NCBI RefSeq assembly: GCF_006345805.1
Contig: NC_042997.1
Location: 99,882,001-99,946,000, forward strand
Direction: 5' to 3'
DNA length: 64,000 nucleotides
Source of the DNA: Octopus sinensis
Lineage: Eukaryota
The stretch's first letter is position 1, and every line of letters begins with the position of its first letter. Shown piece by piece: positions 56,582 through 64,000 of the stretch. The position numbers were made by a program, and so were the translations under genes. The notes beneath the pieces were generated by a model that was not told the DNA's origin, did no database searches, and saw nothing but the letters and a program-made list of their open reading frames with translations.

Positions 56582-57080
56582 AGCATAGGTGTGTAGGTAA
56601 GAAGTTTGCTTTCCAGTCACATGGTTTTAGGTTCAATCCTACAGCATGACACCTTGGTCTTCTGCTATAGTTCCAGGCCACCCAAAGCCTTGTAAGTGGA
56701 TGTGGTAGATTGAAACTAAAAGAATCTCTTCATATATGAACATATATATTTCTTTACTGCCCACAAGAGGCTAAACATAGAAGGGACAAACAAGGACAGA
56801 CAAATGGATTAAGTCGATTATATCGACCCCAGTGCGTAACTGGTACTTATTTAATCGACCCCGAAAGGATGAAAGGTAAAGTCGACCTCGGTGGAATTTG
56901 AACTCAGAACTTAACAACAGACGAAATACCGCTAAGCACTTCACCCGGCGCGCTAACGTTTCTGCCAGCTCGCCGCCTCACAAACTTGTATATATATATA
57001 TATATACACACTATGTATATATATATATATATATACACATATATATATACATAGTGTGTGTGTCTCTATCTCTTTCTCCC

Positions 57081-57115
<35 letters not shown>

Positions 57116-57345
57116 CCTCTCTCTCTCTCTCTCTCTCTTTCTCTCTTTGTATCTGTGTTCCCCATCACACTTGACAGCTAGTGTTGGGTTGCTTACATCT
57201 CTGCAACTTAGCGGTTCAGCAAAAAGAGAACCAACAGAGTAGGTACCAAGCTTAAAAACATGTACTGGGATCAATTTGTTCAACCGAACGCTTCAAGGCA
57301 GTGCCTCAGCATGGCCACAGTCCAATGACTGAAACAGGTAAAAGG
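56582..57345 (+). mobile_element. SINE family A interrupted by an inverted B2 (56749-56978)
   Basis: A head, B2 on the minus strand, microsatellites, then the A 3' half. Confidence 0.8.
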
Positions 57346-58124
57346 AAAGCATGCCTAAATAGATGTTATCTTCAAAACATATTTTAAACCTCCACTCACT
57401 TCTGCAATTAATTAATAATTTAGGCATCTTGGTGTCATTCTCATTTTATTTATTCATTCTTTTGGCTGCTCCTTGCCTGCTCCCACTTCGCTCACATCTG
57501 TAGAAGTGCATTCCAGCTTTTCACTTCACACTTACTTTGATTTTGTTGGTCTTTATTTTTTTATATTTTTTGCAGAGTAACACTTAAGACTTTTATATTT
57601 TCAATTTCTGCACCAGTTTATCATTGCAGTAGACTCCCTAAGGGCACTATGCTAGTCATACTATTTTTTAGCAGGATTGAATGAGGAAAATAAAAGATAA
57701 ATAGATAAACAAGAGAGAAAGAGAGAGAGAGCAATATCAAAATCCACAATCAGCTTTATTCAATTAAAAAAGGTAAAAAAAAAAAAGAAACAATTAAAAT
57801 TTTTTTTAATTAATTTTTAAAAACTGAATATAAAGACAAAGCAAAAAGATAAGAAAAATAAAAAAAACACAGGATGAAAATAAAAAAACAAAGGTGTTAA
57901 TTGTTTCTAGTCTATGGGCTTGAACTCTCTAACTGAACCAACACTAGCAAGCAAACATATTCAGTTTCTCTTTTTATTCTTTGTGTGTATTTGTTTCTAC
58001 AATGGTTGTGCGGTGGTGATGATGATGGTGAAGAAAAAGAAAAAAGAGAAGGAAAGAAGAAAAGGGTCTCTTTAACTGTTGTTTTTGTTCTTGTTACATA
58101 TATATGTAAACCTCTTTCTCTCTT

Positions 58125-58184
<60 letters not shown>

Positions 58185-58186
<2 letters not shown>

Positions 58187-58321
58187 CTTGCTTCCCAACC
58201 ACATGGTTCTGGGTTCATTCCCACTGTGTGGCACCTTGAGCAAGTGTCTTCTACTATAGCCTCGGGCCAACCAAAACATTGTGAATGGATTTGTTAGATG
58301 GAAACTGAAAGAAGCCCATTG

Positions 58322-58365
<44 letters not shown>

Positions 58366-58647
58366 AACGGGAAGCTTTATGAAAATAAACAAAAGACGAA
58401 GGCAGGTGGAAAACAAACGAACAATTGTATTATACTTGGAAATGGATGTGTGTGTGTGTATATGTATTTGTGTTTGTGTTTGTCCCCCCACCATCACTTG
58501 ACAACCAATGTTGGTGTGTTTATATCCCTGTAACTTATCAGTTCGGCAAAAGAGATCAACAGAATAAGTACTAGACTAACAAAGAATACGTACTGGGGTT
58601 GATTTGTTCAAGTAAAGGCAGTGCTCCAGCATGGGTGCAGTCAAAAT
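58185..58647 (+). mobile_element. SINE family A
   Basis: Match to the other A copies. Confidence 0.8.
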
Positions 58648-58747
58648 GACTGAAACAAGTAAAAGACTATATACATATGTATGCACACAAACACACACAC
58701 ACATAAATATATATATAATATATATATATATTATATATATATATATG

Positions 58748-58796
<49 letters not shown>

Positions 58797-59094
58797 ATAT
58801 ATATATATTGTGTGTGTGTGTGTATGTGTATATATATGAACAGCTTCAACTAACAACAGATTTTTAAGGGTTTTTTTTCTTTAAGAATACATAGCTAACA
58901 CTGGCTAAATAAATAAATAGATTTTAAAATGCTGTTCAAAGGATAAAAAAAGGAAAATGCCTACAATTTTGAAACAAAGAAAGAAAAAGAGAGAAGAGAA
59001 ATAAATCTATTAAAAAGAAATTGGGATGGGGAACCATTATTATTTTAAGATATGTATATATATACACATACACACTCATATATATATATATATA

Positions 59095-59136
<42 letters not shown>

Positions 59137-59217
59137 TACATAAGCATCCATGCCTACATGGATGGGTGTGCATATGTTTTTAAAATCAAATAATTTCCAC
59201 ATGTATGTATATATATA

Positions 59218-59268
<51 letters not shown>

Positions 59269-59271
<3 letters not shown>

Positions 59272-59835
59272 GGGTTGGACAAAATAATGGAAACATCTAG
59301 CATCATAGCATAATAATTTTGAAATATCTATAAAATCATCAAAAGCTTGTTTATTTTTATGTTTTTTTTTTTATTTATTATTAGTGTTGCCTAATATGTT
59401 TTAGTAAAATTGCTGTTTCTTTTCAGATATCATCAGAAAAGGTAATTAAGATTCATTCAGTTAACAGATCTATCGGACTTTCAAAGAGATCAAATTGTTG
59501 GTCTTTGTATGGCAGGCACTAGCGTAATGAAAACACCCAAAATGCTTGATGTATCAAGAAGTACTATCTAGAAAGTAATGACAGCCTTTGAGAAAGTGAG
59601 ACAAACCTCCTCATCAAAACAAAGCTCCAGAAGAAAACCAAAACTTTCAGATAGGGACTGTTGGACTCTTACACAAATTGTTAGAAAGGATCACAAAAGT
59701 ACAGCTCCCAAAATTACTGCAGAGCTTAATGACCACCCCAAGAACCCAGTTTCCACAAAAACTGTTCACCAGGAGCTGCACAAAGGAGGGCTGCAATCAG
59801 AAAACCACTACTTTCAAAAACAAAAGTTGCAGTAT
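59269..59835 (+). pseudogene. Truncated Tc1 transposon: left TIR plus transposase N-terminus (from 59461)
   Basis: TA|caggggttggacaaaataatggaaaca TIR; LTDLSDFQRDQIVG...VSRSTI*KVMTAF...RKPKLSDRD...ITAELNDHPKNPVSTKTVHQELHK. Confidence 0.9.
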
Positions 59836-60068
59836 ATTTACAGTGACTGTTATTTCCAGCAGGTAGACTTACTTAGTGCATCCTTTGATTAATTTTAATC
59901 CTTCAGCTATTTAATGCTTTTTGGGGGCCTGCAGTCACCTATATTATTGATTCTGTTATTATAATTTTTAATTGTTACACTAGATAACAACAGAGTTAAT
60001 ATCTTTGCAAATATTTTCTCCTGAATTATTTGCTCCGTATTGAAATTATTTTCACACTGGTGGCTGCC

Positions 60069-60191
60069 ATGTTTCGGCGCAAAGCGAATCAGTTGCAGCG
60101 CAGACTTCAATGTGATGGGTTGGGACTCCCCATCATGGTAACGCATGCTGAGGAATGTGAGGCTATAATGCCAGTCCAGAAATCAGACCAT
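60069..60191 (+). CDS. Candidate first coding exon segment of an unidentified gene (MFRRKANQLQRRLQCDGLGLPIMVTHAEECEAIMPVQKSDH)
   Basis: gctgccATG context; 41 open codons ending at a phase-0 GTAAGT donor (60192); locally retained CpGs; possible acceptor ccttcag at 59906. No family recognised. Confidence 0.4.
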
Positions 60192-61135
60192 GTAAGTCCA
60201 AATACTTGAATGTATGCTGAGAGATTGTCTTAACCCGTTTGCCCTCAGATGGTTGATTTCTGTAACTATTATCAGTGTATTTTCAGTGATTTAAATAAGA
60301 GTTTTGACTGTTATTTCCAGCAGGTAGACATACTTAGTATGTCCTTTGATCAATATATATATATATATAATAATATATGAAATAGAGATGTGTGCATATT
60401 CACTTTTCACGTGAAAATGGCTTCACCAATTGCTTCCATGCTAGTGATGCATGAATAATTTTACCTCAGACAAATAATAGGCTGTTCATTTGATTTTTTT
60501 ATTAAAAATTTAAAAAAATTAAAAATATTACTTTTTATATTACACTCACGTCTTTGAAAGTTTTTAAAATATTTACTTCTGGATTTCTAGCATCAGTAAT
60601 ATAACATATCTCTTTATGTATATCTCTCTATCCATCTATCTCTATCTATATCTCTTGTTTTCACTTAAATTTTGAAGACACTATTCTTTTCACTTCCAAT
60701 TTTCATACACCATTGTTTAACTTCCATGTTATTTTCACTGTAAGTCGAAGTTTTCAATTGCTATTTACAAACAAGCAACGACAAATTACTGACAGAAAGA
60801 AGTTCACAATCACTGATGTAAGCAATTTCATAATTCACTGACAAAAGTATCATCATAAATTTCATTTCAATCCATACGGTTTTGTGTTTTTCTGTTGTTG
60901 ATGGTTTCTTTCAGGTTCCTTCCATACTGCCTCTTTGGTTCACTGAGTTACAAATTTTGCTTCAACCCGTACAGTACTTTATTTTCCATTAAAATTTCTT
61001 GTTTACTTTATGCCCATCATATTAAGAAACATATTTTCTGTTACCAAGTTATTTTCATTGTTTACTATCTTCTGCACTTGTGTATTTCTGTATACATATA
61101 TGTCCACGCCTAGAAGGAAAGTGTCAAATTTGTCT

Positions 61136-61864
61136 GCATAACTACAGATTTCTGCCCCACCACCAATTTGGATGATCATAATTTTCAGAAAAATGGATAT
61201 TTTTAAATAAAACTTTATACAGATATGTGTTATATCCTGTAGGTACAGAATATACAAAATTTTGGTGGGTAAGTGTTTTAGGAGGGGGTGGGAAATTTCT
61301 GAAAATTCACTAGAGTCCACTTAAATTCGTTTTAACTTTCAAGAAAATGGATATTTTTAATGAAATTTTCTACAAATATACCTCAGACTATGCAGATTCT
61401 AACAACATAGGAATTTTGGGGGAAAACTATTGGGGGTTACTTTTGAGAACTGTTCCCCACTCGGGGGTATTTCAGAACAAGTCATCCGTATTTGTTTCAT
61501 TTTATCCCTTTTGTGCATTTGTGTATCCATAGATTTCTACTGATGCAACAAACAGGCAATGAAGGCAAATGAAGCTCTTACCAGAAAACTCGTTATGCTA
61601 AAAACAACAGCTAAAGTTCTGATACACAGAAATATGCTATTAAGATGATATCTGTTGCATAGGATTTTTTTTTCCACTTTAAGTAAGTTCCCAGGTAAAT
61701 GTTTCTAATAGAAAGGCAGAAGACACCAAAAGCAAAAATAAGGAATATACACGCACAGTTAAATATAGAAGTGTAAAGTACAATTTGTTACATAATCTCT
61801 ATGATAAACATGATACTGAATGGAATAAGTCCCCATTTGAATTTTTTTAATTACATATATGTGT

Positions 61865-61895
<31 letters not shown>

Positions 61896-62308
61896 GTAGA
61901 AATCTTTGGATGCATCAAGGCACAAAATGGAGAAAATGAAACGAATACGGACGACTTGTTCTGAAACACCCCCAAGTGGGGAACAGTTCTCAAAAATAAC
62001 CCCCAATTGTTTTCCCCTAAAATTCCTATGTCCTTGGAATCTACATAGTCTGAGGTATATTTGTAGAGAATTTCTTAACAAATATCCATTTTCTTGAAAG
62101 TTAAGATGAATTGAAGTGGACTCCAGTGAATTTTCAGAAATTCACCACCCCAACCCCTCCTAATACACTTTCCCCAAAAATTTTTTATATATTCGCAATC
62201 TACATGATATAACACATATTCGTAGAAAATTTCATTAAAAAATATCCATTTTTCTGAAAGTTATCATCATCCAAAGTCGGGTAGGGGGCAGAAATCTGTG
62301 GTCATGCC
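61136..62308. mobile_element. Foldback / Mutator-like non-autonomous element with about 410-bp TIRs
   Basis: About 61136-61545 is the inverted copy of about 61895-62308; the 9-bp direct repeat aatttgtct flanks both ends. Confidence 0.8.
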
Positions 62309-62340
62309 AATTTGTCTACAATATAAGGTCAGCGAAAAGT

Positions 62341-63847
62341 ATGTCTCTGTCCAGGGAAAGAGAGATAGCTGCAGAAAGAGAAGCATGCCAAGAAACGAAC
62401 AGACTGTGCACCACAAAAGTTAGAGCATCTCAAAGTGATGAACAGAGGTATGCACGACTGACAAGGAATAGGATCTCCACTGCAGAATGAAGAGCAGTTG
62501 CAACAGCTCAGAGAAGCAACTTCTATGAAGCAGCTTTCAATTATGATCCAGCAGTTCATTATGCAGATGACACCAGAGTTTCCATTGGTGCAATGACAAC
62601 TGAGTGTATACATTGTAAAGCAAAGAAGTAGTCTGGAGAGACACCTGCACTGTGCTGCAGTGGTGGAAAGGTTAAACTCCCTGCAATCTCCCAACTTCCA
62701 GAGCCATTGAAGAAACTGTCAATTGACCAAGATTCCAAGCACTTCAATAAACAAAATTAGACAGTACAATGCTGCACTACAGATGACATCTTTTAGAGCC
62801 ACAAGAGATATAACTGAGCCAGGATACATGCAAATTTTCAAGGTCCAAGGTCAGATTTATCATCAGATTGGCTCTCTGCTACCTCTGTCAAATGAAAGAC
62901 CAAAATTTCTTCAAATATATTTTATGGGTGATTCTCAACAAGAAGGGCAAGAGAGGTGCAAGAACATTTCTGACATCAAGATGAACATTGTAGTATCTCT
63001 GCAAAAGATGCTGCATAACAACAACAACCTGATCAGAAGCTCCAAGACAGCACTTGAAACAATTCCACCTGACTCCACCAACAGAAAATGAAATAGCTGT
63101 GCTTCTGGTTGGGCAAGAACATGACAAGCATGACATTGTCCTCCATCTCAGAGACAGCACACTGACAGACACAGTCCATCTACAAATGGAAGCTTCCGAA
63201 AATACCACATTCACGGCATTCTTCAAGCTCTTTCAAGATGATGAATTTGCTACAACACTGCTATACAATGAAGTTCCACAATTCTATATCTGGTATCAAA
63301 AGAAATGGATGAGACATGCACTTGGAACACCCACACATCATCCAGGAATCAAGAAATCAGACACACTTAGCAGAGTCTATGTTGTCCATCCCAACTACTC
63401 TGAGTGGTACTATCTAAGGTTTCTGTCACACTATGTCAAGGGACCCACATCATTTACAGCCTTATGTACAGTTGATAACACAGTATGTCAAACATATTGC
63501 CAGGCTTGCCATCTCAGAGGTCTTCTAGAAGATGATGCACACTGGGATACCACTCTGACAGAGGCATAAATGTGCAAGTCTCCTATGCAGCAGAGAAACC
63601 ACCTCTCTGTCAAGGCAACATAATGGGTGAGAATGTCTTCATTCCAAGGATACCTCTCATCTCAAATGATCTCCCCTTTCAGTTCAAGAGACTGTGGTTT
63701 CCTGTCAAACTTAGCTTTGCAAAGTCTATCAACAAAGCACAAGGTCAATCTCTAAAGGTGGTGGGACTTAACCTCCTTCAACCTTGCTCCTCACATGGTC
63801 AGCTGTATGTTGGATGTTCTAGAGTTAGAGATGAAAAGAACCATTGA
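62341..63847 (+). pseudogene. Helitron RepHel remnant, internally deleted
   Basis: IGAMTTECIHCKAKK*SGETPALCCSGGKVKLP zinc motif; IRQYNAALQMTSF; QGQIYHQIGSLLP; YYLRFLSHYVKGPTSF; Pif1-type C-terminus FPVKLSFAKSINKAQGQSL...HGQLYVGCSRV. Confidence 0.9.
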
Positions 63848-64000
63848 GTGTTAAGGTATTACTATTATACTTTCACTTTTCGACTGACATGCATGAATGT
63901 ATACCTGTATAAAAGTGTATAAAAGTGAAACAATAACATGATATATTCGCTGTGTGTGTGTACTCTATGCACAGCCTTTCATTGTTTATAATTTGTACCT

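Noticed and set aside
59907-60146. 79-aa minus ORF overlapping the candidate exon
   Set aside because: The + strand reading has better start and donor signals; the minus peptide has no features.
60400-60445. Possible second Helitron 3' end (palindrome plus CTAGT)
   Set aside because: The hairpin is AT-rich and too far from CTAG, so it cannot be supported.

Overview
AT-rich animal genomic DNA, very probably an octopus (inferred from the repeat families and the extreme microsatellite load; not confirmable without a search). It looks intronic or intergenic. No intact host gene is recognisable, and almost all ORFs in the supplied track are translations of (TA)n/(TG)n/(AGAT)n/(GAT)n tracts. The window is a mosaic of about five SINE-like families (my labels A-E), MITEs (mariner, pogo, piggyBac-like, hAT), and decayed transposase/LINE fragments (Tc1 x2, mariner, RTE, R4/NeSL-type RLE, CR1/Jockey-like). 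It also holds two Helitron-related elements, one interrupted by a long-TIR foldback element. A few weak + strand exon candidates exist, the best at 59907-60191. The most interesting signal is three type I hammerhead ribozyme folds, paired by hand, all on the minus strand within 7.5 kb (13592-13691, 16127-16187, 21045-21140). Several decayed hammerhead-like relics accompany them, consistent with Penelope-like/retrozyme remnants sitting in microsatellites. Repeat boundaries are read by eye and are approximate unless a TIR or TSD is quoted.
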